Below, one piece after another: positions 11,982-23,496 of a stretch of 64,000 nucleotides of DNA. The first letter of the stretch is position 1; every line of letters starts with the position of its first letter. The notes beneath the pieces are model-generated. The model was not told the origin of the DNA. It was given only the letters and a program-made list of their open reading frames with translations, and did not search any database. Location: positions 248,001-312,000 of the forward strand of contig OW569350.1 of NCBI GenBank assembly GCA_937625935.1, given 5' to 3'. The stretch comes from Tetramitus jugosus. Taxonomy: Eukaryota > Protista > Heterolobosea. The translations under genes and the position numbers were made by a program.

Positions 11982-14166
11982 ATGAGTGATGCAGAAAAGA
12001 AAGCTTCTATTACTCCTCGGCAATCAACAACTCTTTCAAGCAAGGTTCCTATAACTCCAAGAACTTCTGATGCTGTATCTGGAGGTAGTGTCAAAGTTTC
12101 AACCGTGGCCTCCGCTTCATCATCCAAGAGCAGTAGCACAGTCACTGCCCTCATGGAGAACAAAATGTCAAAGATGAAGGAACATCTAATGAAACAAAAA
12201 GCAAAGCAAGATGAACAGAGAGAAAAGCAGTTCTCAGAGGCGATGCAGCAAAGTGGTAAGTTGTTTATGTAGAAATATTGTCCAACCTCGAGTCGAGTGG
12301 TTATTGTTAACATTGTACTGTCCAGAAAAATTGGTGTCTGAGTTGTCTCAACAAGTATCCGAGCTTACAACAAAATGCCTCGATGCAGATGTCCAATTGA
12401 AAGCAGTTCAAGAGCGATATGAGATGCAACTTGAAGAATTGCAATTACAATTGGAGAGTGCAAACTTGGACAAGGAGTTAGCTGAACAAGAGTTGGAAGA
12501 TTTGAAGCTTAGTATATTTGAACACCAAGAATCTCTCATTCACCAAACCCATAGTGATTCAAACGTCAACATGAACGATATTCTAGTGGAAAACAGCAAG
12601 ATGAAACAGATTATGTTAGCGTTGAGAGATATGCAACAGACTGAGAAGAAAGAATTGCAAGACAAGATTGAAATACTTTCAGCAACAGAGCAAATAGTTC
12701 TCGAATTGGAATCAAGAATAACTCAATACACAGACAAGATAGCAAAGTTAGAGGAAACAATTAGTGAATTACATGAACAAATTTCAGTCGCTCAATCATC
12801 CGAGGAGATGATAGAGGCATTAACTGAGAAGAATCTAGTCCTTGGCGAGAAGGTTGCTAAGCTTGAGAAGCAACTTGTCGAGTATGACGAGGAAAAAGCT
12901 ATTCATTCGGAAGTGGATCGGTACAACGAAGAATTGATTAAAGGTCTCAGAGAGGACTTGTTCAAAAAAGAAGAAGAATTTGTCATCTGGGAGCGGGATT
13001 TAATTGCAGTTAAGAACACTCTCAATGAAAAAGATTCAATATTGGCTCGATTTCGCTCTAAGATTATTGAATTAAGTCGGGAGTTGAGCACTGTCAAAAC
13101 CTCCAGAGAAAGCGAGGAGAGCCAACTAATTGAATACAAAAATAGAAGCAACAACTTACTTGTGACCTATCATAACCTTCAGGAACAGCTCAAGAAGCTA
13201 ACCGCTTCCTCTATTGATCAAGACATTCAAACAGCTGTAATCAAGTACAACGACGAATTTTCAGATGCTATCAAATTATTCATTCCAGAAGATGCACCGC
13301 GAAAGGATGTTGAATCTGGTAACAATTTGCAAATCGTCGATATCTTAAATTCTATATTGGAGGTGAAAAATGAAAATGAGATGTTATCCAAGAAAGCAGA
13401 AGAAGCAAAGCAACAGTTGAGCAGTTTTGAAGAACTGTCCAACAAACTTGTAGAGTCCTCATCTGAGATCGAAAGATTAAATAACCAAAAGAATGTCCTG
13501 GAAAGTAAGTTAGAATTGACTCTGAATCAAAAGGAAGAGATCGAAGGGCTAATACGAAACCTGCAGAGTAAAGATAGATACTACAATCAAATGGAGGAAA
13601 GATTGAAGACCATGGAAGATATAAGGAAGGATCTGGATGAGACCAAGCAGAAAGAAGTTCAATACCAAAACGAAGTGAATGAGCTCAAGTTTCAAATTGA
13701 AACACTTGAGCAACAAAACCATGTGCTACAACAACAACTTGTTGGCACCCAAAAGATGATTCATGAAGAAAGAGAACCTGTTGACATCACAAGCGATTCG
13801 ACAACGAAATCGACAGATCTGTTTGACCGGATAGAGCTATTATCCCTACGAAGTGCAGTCAGGCAGATGAAGAGCAATAGAATGAAAGAAGTGTCACAAA
13901 GAAACGAAAGAAACCTGCGAAGGATTCTGGCCAGCAAATCAAATCAGGACTTAACCACAGTCTGGGACAAGAGATACCAGACGCTCAAGAACCTTTCCAA
14001 GTTGACCAAGGGATTGGCGAAAAATCTCTCTTGTCTCCCTATGGTAGATCTGGTGGATGTCCAGAACAAGGGTTCGATCGAAAACCAATGTATCAGGCAA
14101 CAGAAGCAAAAATGCCTGATCTCCACACAGTTTCAAGAAGCTACCTCAAAGATCAAGTCCAGATGA
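11982..14166 (+). CDS. DCTN1-like: Dynactin p150(Glued)-like coiled-coil protein, intron 12256-12325
   Basis: LESANLDKELAE and EEMIEALTEKNLVLGEKV match p150 CC1 motifs; long coiled coil; no CAP-Gly domain seen. Confidence 0.65.
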
Positions 14167-14453
14167 CGCTCCTCAAGCTGTGGCTCGTTTTTCTTTCTTC
14201 ATTTGCTGAACCAATGAATCGTGTCGGCTGGACTTTGTGTTTTTCCTATCTACCTGTTCCAAACAGAGACAAGACTTGCTGCTTTTTTCTGCTGGATGTA
14301 GGTGAGGAAAAACACAACGTCGAGAGAACGGATTATCAAACGGACACTCCACACACCTCCTCCTTCGAAACCAACACAAAAACCCAAAATCCAAGGAACA
14401 AACAAACACCAACACAAAAGCAGCACCATTTTTCACACACACATCACTAGACG

Positions 14454-15556
14454 ATGGACTTTCTTAACAGAACAATAATCACACCCATGTTCGCCGTGGA
14501 GAACAAGACAAATCTTCTCCTGAGTGCTGGTAACATTAGTCAATTAGACATTGTTCAGTACTTGTGGCTTCAATTGAGACTCCAATTCAATCCTTTCTGG
14601 ATGGCGACTGCTGTTACTACAGGATATTTGATCTTTTTGTACACTGTGTTGAGCTTGCCATGGCAGATTATTTACTGGCTCAAGCCGGGATTTTTGTGGA
14701 AGTACAAGATGCAAGATGCCGTAAGTATCTATTGGTTCGCTTTGTGTGCGTTTCGTGTGAAACAACTTGTTGTGCATTTTTCATGTCCAATAAGTGTGGA
14801 CCGCATTTTTTGGATGTCAAATTTTTTTGTTGCCGAACGAACAGAAGCTCACCTCTCTTTCTTTTTTCATACCTTTTCTCTTCACTGTCTCATTCACACA
14901 AACAATAGAAAAAGAAGAAGCAACCAACTGATTGGCAATGTGTCAAAGCTCTTCTCTTTAACCATGTTTGTGTCCTGTTCCCTCTCTCCTTTTTCAACTA
15001 TGGTCTCTTGGAGGGTGCTGGCACTCAATTCGACTTTCCTTTCCCTTCATGGACAAGCATGCTCGTGAGAACATTCTTCTACTTTGTCATTGAAGATGCC
15101 TTCTTCTATTTTGGTCATAGATGGTTGCACACTGAGTGGGCCTACACTCACATTCATGCATTGCATCACAAGTATGAGGCACCTATTGCGATGGCCTCTT
15201 CATTTGCTCATCCTGCTGAGATGATTATGCTTGGTATTGGATCTTTCCTCGGTCCATTCATTATTGGATCCTTCTATGGTGCTCACTTGTTTGATTGGTG
15301 GGTGTGGATGACCATTCGTCAAATTGAAGCTCTCGATGTTCACTCTGGATTTGACTTCCCATGGCACTTGAGCAAGTTGGTTCCATTCTATTGTGGTCCA
15401 CATCATCACGATCACCATCACAAGACGTACTCTGGCAACTATTCGAGCACATTTACTTGGATGGACAGATTGTGCGACACGGATAGAAGCTACAGAAACT
15501 ATTATGAAAGAAAGGCAAAGAAGGCTGCTGCTGCAGTTGCTGGCAAGACTGAGTAA
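14454..15556 (+). CDS. ERG25/SMO: Sterol C4-methyl oxidase / fatty-acid hydroxylase family, intron 14721-14908
   Basis: His boxes HRWLH, HALHH, HSGFDFPW, HHDHHH; GNYSSTFTWMD. Confidence 0.9.
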
Positions 15557-15822
15557 TTTACAGTATTGTGTAGGGTAGGTACTTTTTGGTAGAGGTTTTT
15601 ATAAGATAAAGAACATGTTATTCGAATTGGGAATGCTCAAGATTTTGTTTTCGAATCAACATTCTCCGATCGAACAAGTTTGCAAAGAGAAAAAGTTCAC
15701 GATCTTTCCTCCGGCAAACAAAAACACGTCCACACACAGCACAAACAACAAAAAACACACCGACTAGTACAATTCGACTATTCTGTGTATGATATTCATT
15801 GTGGAGTTGTACTACCATCATC

Positions 15823-17826
15823 ATGAGTAACATTAGCACCAGTAAGGGAAGCGATCCCACACTTCGTATTGTACCACCTCATAGTAACAACAACAACAAC
15901 AATAGCAGTAACAATAGTGGCAGTAGTAACAAACGAATAACACCAAACAGTGCATTGGAAGATCCCATTTCATCCTACGTGGGCACCCATCGAAATACTC
16001 CTCAATCGGCCATTCATTTTCTCCGAGGCGCCAAATCTCCCACTACGACGTCAACAAAAGCGCTGTCCACAACCAAGTGTTTCATTCTCTTTTTCTCCGT
16101 CTTGTTGATATTGAGCGTCGTGTTTGTGTATATTCACACGAGCTCGATTGAACAACAGGGCATACGAATCTTTCATGCTCCACTGCTCAACCACCATGCT
16201 CAACTACAGCAACAAGAGTTGAATCCGTTGGTGATGGAAGAGCTAAAGCTTCAATCGGAAAGAGAAAAATATTTACTCCAACAATTTCAACAACAGCAAC
16301 AACAAGGACAGCAACAAGGACAGCAACAGGCACTCAACAATCAAGGACAACAACAAGAAGGACAACAACAGCAACAACAAGAGCAACAAGAGAAGTTGCA
16401 AAAAGCTCCACAACTAAAGACAATTGATGATTACAAGGCCAATATTGACAATGATCAAGACTCTGTCAACAAGCAGAGAAGAGTGAGTGTTGTGGAAGCA
16501 ATGAAGCACGCTTATCACAATTATGAAAAGTATGCCATGGGTCATGATGAACTAAAGCCACTCTCACACGGTTTCAAAGATTGGGTCCAAGGTGGAATGG
16601 CAATGACACTGGTTGATGCGTTGGACACGTTGTACATTATGGGATTGAAGGATGAGTTTGCAAGAGCAGTCAAGTACACCAAGAAGAGCATGCCCACGTT
16701 TAACAAGATTCATAGTACGGTCTCCGTGTTTGAAACGGTGATTCGTATGGTCGGCGGTTTCCTCTCTGCGTATGACTTGTCTGGTGAGAAAGTCTTCTTG
16801 GATAAGGCCAGAGAGATGGGTGATATTATGGCCAAAGCTTTCGATCCATCGACAAACATGTTTGGAAAGTCGGTCAATTTAAGAACGGGTGCGGCAGATC
16901 GATCGGGCAGTGTTGTTTTGGCAGAGGTGGGAACTCTTCAATTGGAGTTCCGTCGATTGTCTCAGGTGACTGGTGATCCAAAGTATGATGACATGGTGAC
17001 CAAGCTGATGAATGAACTGCGGAGTCACGGACCTGCAGATGGTCTCTATCCAGTGTCGTACTCTCCTCATGGCCGAAGATTCCATGGTGTGGTGACAATG
17101 GGTGGTCTCGGTGATTCATTCTTTGAGTATTTGCTCAAGCAGTGGTTGATGACTGGAAAGACAGAGAACATGTACCTGGAAATGTATCAAAAGTCACTTC
17201 ACGGTATCATGACCAAGATGGTTGACAACTTTGATAACAGAAATCCTCCAGTGAGCTTTATTGCTGATTACAGCGGCTACAAGATTCCTCGTGTGCAACA
17301 TTTGGCTTGCTTCGCTGCTGGTATGCTTGCACTGGGTGAAGCGAATGATGCCTCCAAAAATCCTCCATCTGGCTATCAAGTGGACAGCAAGGAAGTGATG
17401 AAGGTGGCTGGACAGTTTGCGACTGCTTGTGTGGAGTCGTACAGAATGACAAAGACTGGTATTGGACCCGAGGGATTCGAGTACACTGGAGATGGACAAA
17501 TTCGCGGTCATGGCTACTATATCTTGAGACCTGAGACTGTTGAGTCATTGTTTGTACTGTATAGAGTTACTGGTGACAAAAAGTATCAAGACATGGCTTG
17601 GGAGCTCTTCTCCAACATGGAGAAGAGTTGCAAGGTAGCTGGTGGTTACAGCGGATTGCACGATGTCAACCAACCAGGGTCATACAATGACGTCCAAGAA
17701 TCTTTCTTCCTGGCAGAAACACTCAAGTACCTCTATTTGATCTTCTCGCCCACCGAAGTCATTCCACTGGACCAATGGGTGTTTAACACTGAAGCTCATC
17801 CACTGAAAATTACTCAAAAGAAATAA
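15823..17826 (+). CDS. MAN1/MNS1: Class I alpha-1,2-mannosidase (GH47), type II membrane protein with a Gln-rich stem
   Basis: GHDELKPLS, LVDALDTL, SVFETVIR, LAEVGTLQLEF, DSFFEYLLK, LRPETVESL, ESFFLAETLKYLYL, NTEAHP. Confidence 0.96.
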   Translation: MSNISTSKGSDPTLRIVPPHSNNNNNNSSNNSGSSNKRITPNSALEDPISSYVGTHRNTPQSAIHFLRGAKSPTTTSTKALSTTKCFILFFSVLLILSVVFVYIHTSSIEQQGIRIFHAPLLNHHAQLQQQELNPLVMEELKLQSEREKYLLQQFQQQQQQGQQQGQQQALNNQGQQQEGQQQQQQEQQEKLQKAPQLKTIDDYKANIDNDQDSVNKQRRVSVVEAMKHAYHNYEKYAMGHDELKPLSHGFKDWVQGGMAMTLVDALDTLYIMGLKDEFARAVKYTKKSMPTFNKIHSTVSVFETVIRMVGGFLSAYDLSGEKVFLDKAREMGDIMAKAFDPSTNMFGKSVNLRTGAADRSGSVVLAEVGTLQLEFRRLSQVTGDPKYDDMVTKLMNELRSHGPADGLYPVSYSPHGRRFHGVVTMGGLGDSFFEYLLKQWLMTGKTENMYLEMYQKSLHGIMTKMVDNFDNRNPPVSFIADYSGYKIPRVQHLACFAAGMLALGEANDASKNPPSGYQVDSKEVMKVAGQFATACVESYRMTKTGIGPEGFEYTGDGQIRGHGYYILRPETVESLFVLYRVTGDKKYQDMAWELFSNMEKSCKVAGGYSGLHDVNQPGSYNDVQESFFLAETLKYLYLIFSPTEVIPLDQWVFNTEAHPLKITQKK

Positions 17827-17864
17827 TTACTCTTTCGTTAACGCAATAAATTAATTTACAGGCA

Positions 17865-19790
17865 TTACTTTGTGTTAGCTTTGGCAAAGAAGGAGCCAAT
17901 GGAAACTTGCTTTTGTTTCTTGGCGACTGGTTTTTGCTCCTCTTCCTTCTTTGGGGTGCTTGCAGCAATCTTGTCAAGGAAAGACAATTTCTTTGACACG
18001 CTGGCAGTCTTCTTAACGTCCTTCACTTCCTTCTTGGTTGTACTCTTCTTTGTTGACACGGCCTTCTTTTTTGTAGACTTAACTGCTGACTTCGGAGCTG
18101 CAGGTTCCGTAGTCTCTTTGGGTACTTTTACTGCTTCCTGTACTGCTCCATCCGTGGAAGCAGTGGCTTCAGTGGATGATGACTCCAAGGCAGGAGTTGA
18201 ACTAGGTTGTTGATCAACAACTGGAGTGTCCGCACCGATGGCAGCAGGTTCGCTTTGACAGACTGGTTTGGGAGCAGGTTTCTTAAACATATCAAACAAT
18301 GTTTTTTGTTTCTTTGCGTTCGGTCCAAAGAAGTCCAAAATACTGCCAGAGATTGGAGGTAGTACCTTCTTCTTCTTCTTTGTCTTTCTCTTCTTTCTTC
18401 TCTTTGCTGCAGGCTCATAGTATTCGTCGTCATCGTCCAAATCTACACCATTAGCTTCCTCGATGTAGTTTCTGTTTCTTTTTCTGTCTCTTCGGGTACT
18501 GAAAAAGTCATAGGTATTCTCCAATGGCGGCAACACTGTGGTTGACTCTGGCAGGTTCTCAGTTACCGAAGTAGGATCCTCAGAGTTTTGTGGTTGTTGG
18601 AGGCTCACCTTCAGTGCGTGATCTGCATGCATCTTTTGAAGCAAGTCAAGCTCGAACTTCATTAGTTGGTGCTTGAATCCATCATTGATTCTTGGCCTAC
18701 CTTGAGACTTTCTGGTGATATTTTCCACTGCCTCTTTCAATGTCATACCTAGTACTTTCATACCGTAGGCAATAAGAACTGATACAGATCTACTTCTTCC
18801 TTCTCTACAGTGAACAAGACAGTTGAAGTGCTCTTCCTTGTTCGTGAACTGCTCCTGGATGAATTGAATCGCATTGTCAAAGTATTGGGCAATATTGGCC
18901 TCAAAGGAATCTGGAACTGCTACTCTAAAGTATTTGACAGGTTGAGCAAACTCAATCAACACATTTTCATACTCTGGTTTTCTTCTGGATTGAGGAGTGC
19001 TTGGGGCTGTCGATGTCTTCTTGCTTGGTGTTGCTGCGACGGCAATTGGCTCCTGAGATTTTTCAAGATTGACCTCATCTTCCATTTTCTCGACAGATAG
19101 TTCTGTAACAACAGGTGGCTCCATAATAACGTCCTCCATCTTGTCATCACCTGTAGCTATCTCAACAACTACATCCTGCATCTTGTCTCCGACTGTTTCC
19201 CCTGATGGAAAGATTGGTGGTTGGGTGTTGTCTTGAGTGCTACCAATGCTTTCAGTGTCTAGTTGACCACTAACGACAGGAGCTCCAACTGAAGCATTTA
19301 AGTCTAGTTCCTCCGCCTTGATCGTGCTTTCTTCTTCATCATCATCACGCATTCTTGAGCTTTCTTCGTCGTCTTCCTCATCGAACACCAAGTCACTTGT
19401 TACCAATGTTGCGAGTGGCTTGGAGGGAGCACGTATCACACGCTTAACTGTTTCAACATTTGCTTCAATGATTGCTACGGGAGCTTCCTCTTTTTCTCCA
19501 TCTTCACCACCCTCAAAGTCCTCATCTTCTTCATCATCGTCCTCCTCATCGTCATCCTCATCATCGTCATCTTCCTCGTCGTCGTCTTCTTCTTCTTCCA
19601 CGTCGTCTTCAAAAGTCTGAGATTGACGTCTAATCAATTGCTTGTGGTCCACAGAGGTCATATCTTCAAAGTAATTCTTTAAATCGGCAGTGGCATTGAC
19701 TACATGAGAAATGTGGAATTGTTGGATAGTGTAGGGATCACTGGCACTGGCTCTATTACCAAGAAAGATTTTGTCATAAATTTCCCACAT
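17865..19790 (-). CDS. Atypical dual-specificity protein phosphatase with a large acidic insertion and C-terminal PIP-box-like motifs
   Basis: EIYDKIFLGN..HISHVVNAT at the N-terminus; catalytic VHCREGRSRS; INDGFKHQL. Confidence 0.88.
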   Translation of the reverse strand: MWEIYDKIFLGNRASASDPYTIQQFHISHVVNATADLKNYFEDMTSVDHKQLIRRQSQTFEDDVEEEEDDDEEDDDDEDDDEEDDDEEDEDFEGGEDGEKEEAPVAIIEANVETVKRVIRAPSKPLATLVTSDLVFDEEDDEESSRMRDDDEEESTIKAEELDLNASVGAPVVSGQLDTESIGSTQDNTQPPIFPSGETVGDKMQDVVVEIATGDDKMEDVIMEPPVVTELSVEKMEDEVNLEKSQEPIAVAATPSKKTSTAPSTPQSRRKPEYENVLIEFAQPVKYFRVAVPDSFEANIAQYFDNAIQFIQEQFTNKEEHFNCLVHCREGRSRSVSVLIAYGMKVLGMTLKEAVENITRKSQGRPRINDGFKHQLMKFELDLLQKMHADHALKVSLQQPQNSEDPTSVTENLPESTTVLPPLENTYDFFSTRRDRKRNRNYIEEANGVDLDDDDEYYEPAAKRRKKRKTKKKKKVLPPISGSILDFFGPNAKKQKTLFDMFKKPAPKPVCQSEPAAIGADTPVVDQQPSSTPALESSSTEATASTDGAVQEAVKVPKETTEPAAPKSAVKSTKKKAVSTKKSTTKKEVKDVKKTASVSKKLSFLDKIAASTPKKEEEQKPVAKKQKQVSIGSFFAKANTK

Positions 19791-19937
19791 GGTGGAGCTC
19801 TTGGTCTTGTGTGTGGAGGGCGAGACAGGGTGTGGGTTGTGATTTCTTCCAGAGGTGCTGCTCTCTGAAAGCTTTCAGAGTTCCAACAGAAACTGGCACA
19901 AGAGTAACGGACAGATTTTTGGCTTTTGGGAAAAAAA

Positions 19938-19948
19938 GCGCGGGAAAA
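19938..19948 (-). promoter_or_regulatory. E2F-like site upstream of the phosphatase gene
   Basis: TTTTCCCGCGC on the minus strand, ~150 bp upstream of the ATG at 19790. Confidence 0.35.
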
Positions 19949-20025
19949 GTGCAGATCAATACAACGCGAAGTGAAAAACAAGCGAGAGACAAGTTCCAAT
20001 GAGAGTATTAATAAATCAAGTGTCT

Positions 20026-21153
20026 TTACAGATTGCTTTTCAAAAGCTCGTCGTAGAGGAAGGATAGGTTATCAACATCACAAACCTCTCTGAATCCAAT
20101 TTTCCTGTACAAATGATTTGCAGCAGTGTTGGCCTTGTCAGCAAACAAAAACATTTTCTGCTTCCGTTTCTCCTTAAACACACGGTCACACATCCTACTG
20201 ACACATACTTGACTGTATCCTTTGCCTCTGTGTTCAATGGGCGTGTACACCCATCCGACTCTGCCTCCGTTTGGTGTTTCTGCGTTCACAGCTGACATGC
20301 TCACAATTTTACCAGTCTCCAGGTTTCTCAGTGTGTAAATGCACTCTGTTTTCACCAAAAGATCCAATCGACTCTTGTTCAATTTCCGTATCAGATCCTT
20401 TGGAACACTAGAGTAGAAGCCAGATTCCTGTTGAAAGTGCACCATCCAATCCAAGCAAGTTTCAAAATCATTGCTCGACATGCCTTCAATAATTAAATGA
20501 CTGTTTGGTTGCGATGGAGAGCGAGTTGTGTTGGAAGCTTGAGCAAGAGCAGTGTTACCGGATCCTAGCATGGTGATTTCTGTGGTTTCTTGCTGTTGTT
20601 GTTGTTGTTGTTTCATTTCATATTGTTCTTGTGGGCAATCGACCTTGAGGTCAATTGGCTTGAGCTCATACAACTTTTCGCTCATTTTGGTGGTGATAGA
20701 CATTGGCTGTGCCATATACTTGAGATAGTGCTTCTTCCATAGTGCTGCAAACAGTGTGGCATCATCTTTTTGAGCAAACATGCCAGTAATGATCCGACTC
20801 TTGCTCAACATTGATTTTTGTAGTGCTTGGAACATCATAATTTTGAGCAACAGTGATTCCTTGTCCAGAGCAGAAATGTCACTCGTGGCGGTTGTTGTCG
20901 GTAATTGAACAACAGACAAAACCAGGTTGTAAATTGGGGTCCAAACAGCCACGAGACACAGCTCATTGCCGTGCACCACGGTTAACATGTAATAGCTCGT
21001 AAAGTACTCTTGAGCGGGATCGCACAGAATCTTTATCACACCTAGAACGAGATTGTTTTGAGATTCGTCCATTGTGAGATACTCTCTCGTGTCTTGATCA
21101 AACTGATAGACGTCAGAGTATTCTACGACTTTGAAGCAGTTCTCCAGACTCAT
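20026..21153 (-). CDS. GNAT acetyltransferase (FR47-like, bacterial-type)
   Basis: RVGWVYTPIEHRGKGYS (acetyl-CoA motif A); LFADKANTAANHLYRKIGF. Confidence 0.88.
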   Translation of the reverse strand: MSLENCFKVVEYSDVYQFDQDTREYLTMDESQNNLVLGVIKILCDPAQEYFTSYYMLTVVHGNELCLVAVWTPIYNLVLSVVQLPTTTATSDISALDKESLLLKIMMFQALQKSMLSKSRIITGMFAQKDDATLFAALWKKHYLKYMAQPMSITTKMSEKLYELKPIDLKVDCPQEQYEMKQQQQQQQETTEITMLGSGNTALAQASNTTRSPSQPNSHLIIEGMSSNDFETCLDWMVHFQQESGFYSSVPKDLIRKLNKSRLDLLVKTECIYTLRNLETGKIVSMSAVNAETPNGGRVGWVYTPIEHRGKGYSQVCVSRMCDRVFKEKRKQKMFLFADKANTAANHLYRKIGFREVCDVDNLSFLYDELLKSNL

Positions 21154-21672
21154 TGTTGTTGCCAAAGGAGGTTGGTTGATGTGGTTGTTATTGGCTGTTT
21201 GTTATTACTTGTTGTGGTTGGAGAGCAAGCAGAAGTCAACGTGAAAGGGAGAATTTGTTCCTAGGAGTGAACCTTTCCAAAGACAGTGCTCAATTTTAAA
21301 GTGTGGGAAACGCTGAGCTCCTCTTTCTTGTGTGTGAGTTGTTTCAGAGAAGTGCCTCTGGTGAGATGAATTTATCACTCGCCCAGGATTCACTGAAAAT
21401 CAAGAAGATGGGTGATGGGCAGCTAAACTCTCAAAAAAATCCGGTTGTAGGATCAACTTGAAGGGGGTAATATTTTTGGGGCGCAGCAACAATCCTTCCA
21501 AGTCAAGTTTTCTCAAAGGTCCACAAAATATTTTCCGTGTCAAATATGCATGTTCCACGGAACAGCCGCTACAAAACGCAAGATCGAAAACTCGTCTTCT
21601 GCATGCAGATTGTGTTGAGCTCCATAGGTTCATATCTCCTTGACTTTCCTGTAACTGTTCTGTAACTAGTTA

Positions 21673-22749
21673 ATGACGAACGAGAAAGGTTTGTTTGGCT
21701 GGAAACAAAGGTGGTGCAGTTCCAACATTGCACTAACCACCAAAAAGATGATCACAGCCCTCAGCCGGGATGAACTCTTCCAGGTTCTGCTTTTTCTTCC
21801 AGTGTCTGATGTGATTCACCATTCACAGACCAATTCCTTGACCTATGACAGCATCACATCCAATCGGCACTTGTGGGCAGTTTTACTTGAGAGAGACTTT
21901 GCTCATGTTACAAAGTACTTTCCAAGACAAAAATTGAATTCATGGTTGCAGAGCACCAACCCCAAAGTTTCAGGTCAAAATTGTTGTGACACCATGGAGG
22001 ATTACGCGCGTTACTTTCAATTTTATCAATTTCCATCCAATCGAGTGAGAGATGACCATGGAGCCAGTCAAATACGGTCAAATATCTTGTTCGTGCCCAG
22101 TAGCTTGCTGAATCAAGCGGTGATGGCTGCGTTGAAGAACAACAGCCAACTCGTGATACCACAGGATGGAGCATCGGACCAACAGATGGGTATGGATTTC
22201 ACCCTTTTGACTATGACCTCGAGACAGCCAAAGGTCACTTCGAACTGGACAATTCAACTCTGGACAATCGGTCAAGCACCGGCGCTATTTAGAGCCGTTT
22301 CAAATGCTTGCTACCATCATTCTCAATGCTTGGTGATCACAGTTGACCCGAGGCATGCATGGAACGATGATGACACTTATTCTACTGCCTATTCATGTAG
22401 TAGCTATGGTTCGAATTCTTTGTCGAGAGCTTTGGAGACACTAGAGGAGAGTAAACCATTGTTAAAACTTGATCCACCAAAGGCATGCAAGGGTGTATTG
22501 ATTGTTGGTGTAGGTGTTTGGTCAGAAGATGCACCTATTTCTAAACAGAGGTTCCTCAAGGATTGTGCTCTAGTGTTTGACCTTGTACCTTTGGAATATT
22601 TTGAGCTGACTTGTGATAATGTGCATGTAATGTCTGATGTTTTATTGAGGCGCTTTTACACATTTCATCAACAGGCTGTTGCTGAAGCTCTTCAATCGGG
22701 ATTTCTTTCTAGTCAAGTGACTTCAAAATCAAGATGTGTCTTGAGTTAA
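21673..22749 (+). CDS. F-box + degenerate Ras/Rab-like domain + CaaX protein
   Basis: LSRDELFQVLLFLPVSDV (F-box); IQLWTIGQAPALFRAVSNACYHHSQCLVITVD (Rab switch-II-like); terminal CVLS. Confidence 0.65.
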   Translation: MTNEKGLFGWKQRWCSSNIALTTKKMITALSRDELFQVLLFLPVSDVIHHSQTNSLTYDSITSNRHLWAVLLERDFAHVTKYFPRQKLNSWLQSTNPKVSGQNCCDTMEDYARYFQFYQFPSNRVRDDHGASQIRSNILFVPSSLLNQAVMAALKNNSQLVIPQDGASDQQMGMDFTLLTMTSRQPKVTSNWTIQLWTIGQAPALFRAVSNACYHHSQCLVITVDPRHAWNDDDTYSTAYSCSSYGSNSLSRALETLEESKPLLKLDPPKACKGVLIVGVGVWSEDAPISKQRFLKDCALVFDLVPLEYFELTCDNVHVMSDVLLRRFYTFHQQAVAEALQSGFLSSQVTSKSRCVLS

Positions 22750-23283
22750 TCTCGACAGTCAATAAATGTTATCGATTCGCTGTAAGAACAAACTATTCAA
22801 CCAGATATGGAGTAGGTGAATCCTTTAGCCCTGCAAAACACCAATGTTGTAAACGTGTGGCGACCAGAGAGAATAAAAACTTTTCGATCAACGTAATTAT
22901 TCTTTTACTTGCACTTTACTCAAAACACCTCTAACTTACAAGAATGATTTATTGCATGTGACATACGCGAGTGTTGGAGCAGTGTGCGCAAACTAAGCCA
23001 ACAATTCACATACTGACGGATCCAAACAATATAGAGCGGTGAAGTGGACTGAAAAACTGTTGTGCATTGTTCAATCAACAGAAGTAGCATCCGGATGCCT
23101 GTCGCTATTTCTCCTACAGTAGCTCTCCCACAATCAACAACTCTGGCATTCAAAGAATTCCAATAGGATTTGTGACTTAACGACACATCCAGTCCCTGAG
23201 AGAATTTCCACGCACTCTATCTGGATAGTAGAGATTGTAAAACAGTGATGGTCAACTAGTCCTCAAGAACGAGCCATTGTATA

Positions 23284-23438
23284 CAAAGATGACTGAGAGA
23301 CACCATTACCGTTGCCAGTAATGACGACCTCTCTGTCACTTGGCGCAGAACCTTTCCGTTCACTGAGGTCCACACTGTTTAACGGCTGATGCTGTATTCC
23401 TTCACCAATTTTGGTGAATCACCAGGAGTGTGTTTTCG
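23284..23438 (-). mobile_element. Degenerate 5' end/ORF1 remnant of the tRNA-associated retroelement family
   Basis: ~155 bp aligns closely with 51162-51314 (e.g. shared CAAAGATGACTGAGAGACACCATTACCGTTGCCAGTAATGAC); start codon lost, stop and frameshift present. Confidence 0.9.
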
Positions 23439-23473
23439 CACGATGAAGTAGTAAAGTTTAGACAGAGAATGTA

Positions 23474-23490
23474 GCCTTCCTAGCTCAGTC
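23474..23490 (+). pseudogene. 5' fragment (nt 1-17) of a tRNA-Lys gene
   Basis: GCCTTCCTAGCTCAGTC, 16/17 identical to 23831-23847. Confidence 0.8.
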
Positions 23491-23496
23491 TTTTTG

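Noticed and set aside
16270-16400. CAA/CAG repeat tracts (also at ~20590, ~61960-62030 and in introns)
   Set aside because: Ordinary poly-Q/N coding repeats and microsatellites typical of such genomes.
22920-23283. Minus-strand ORF with faint resemblance (QYVN..LRTLLQH) to the retroelement ORF2 tail
   Set aside because: Similarity too weak; no poly(A), hairpin or TSD found, so it was not called part of the element.
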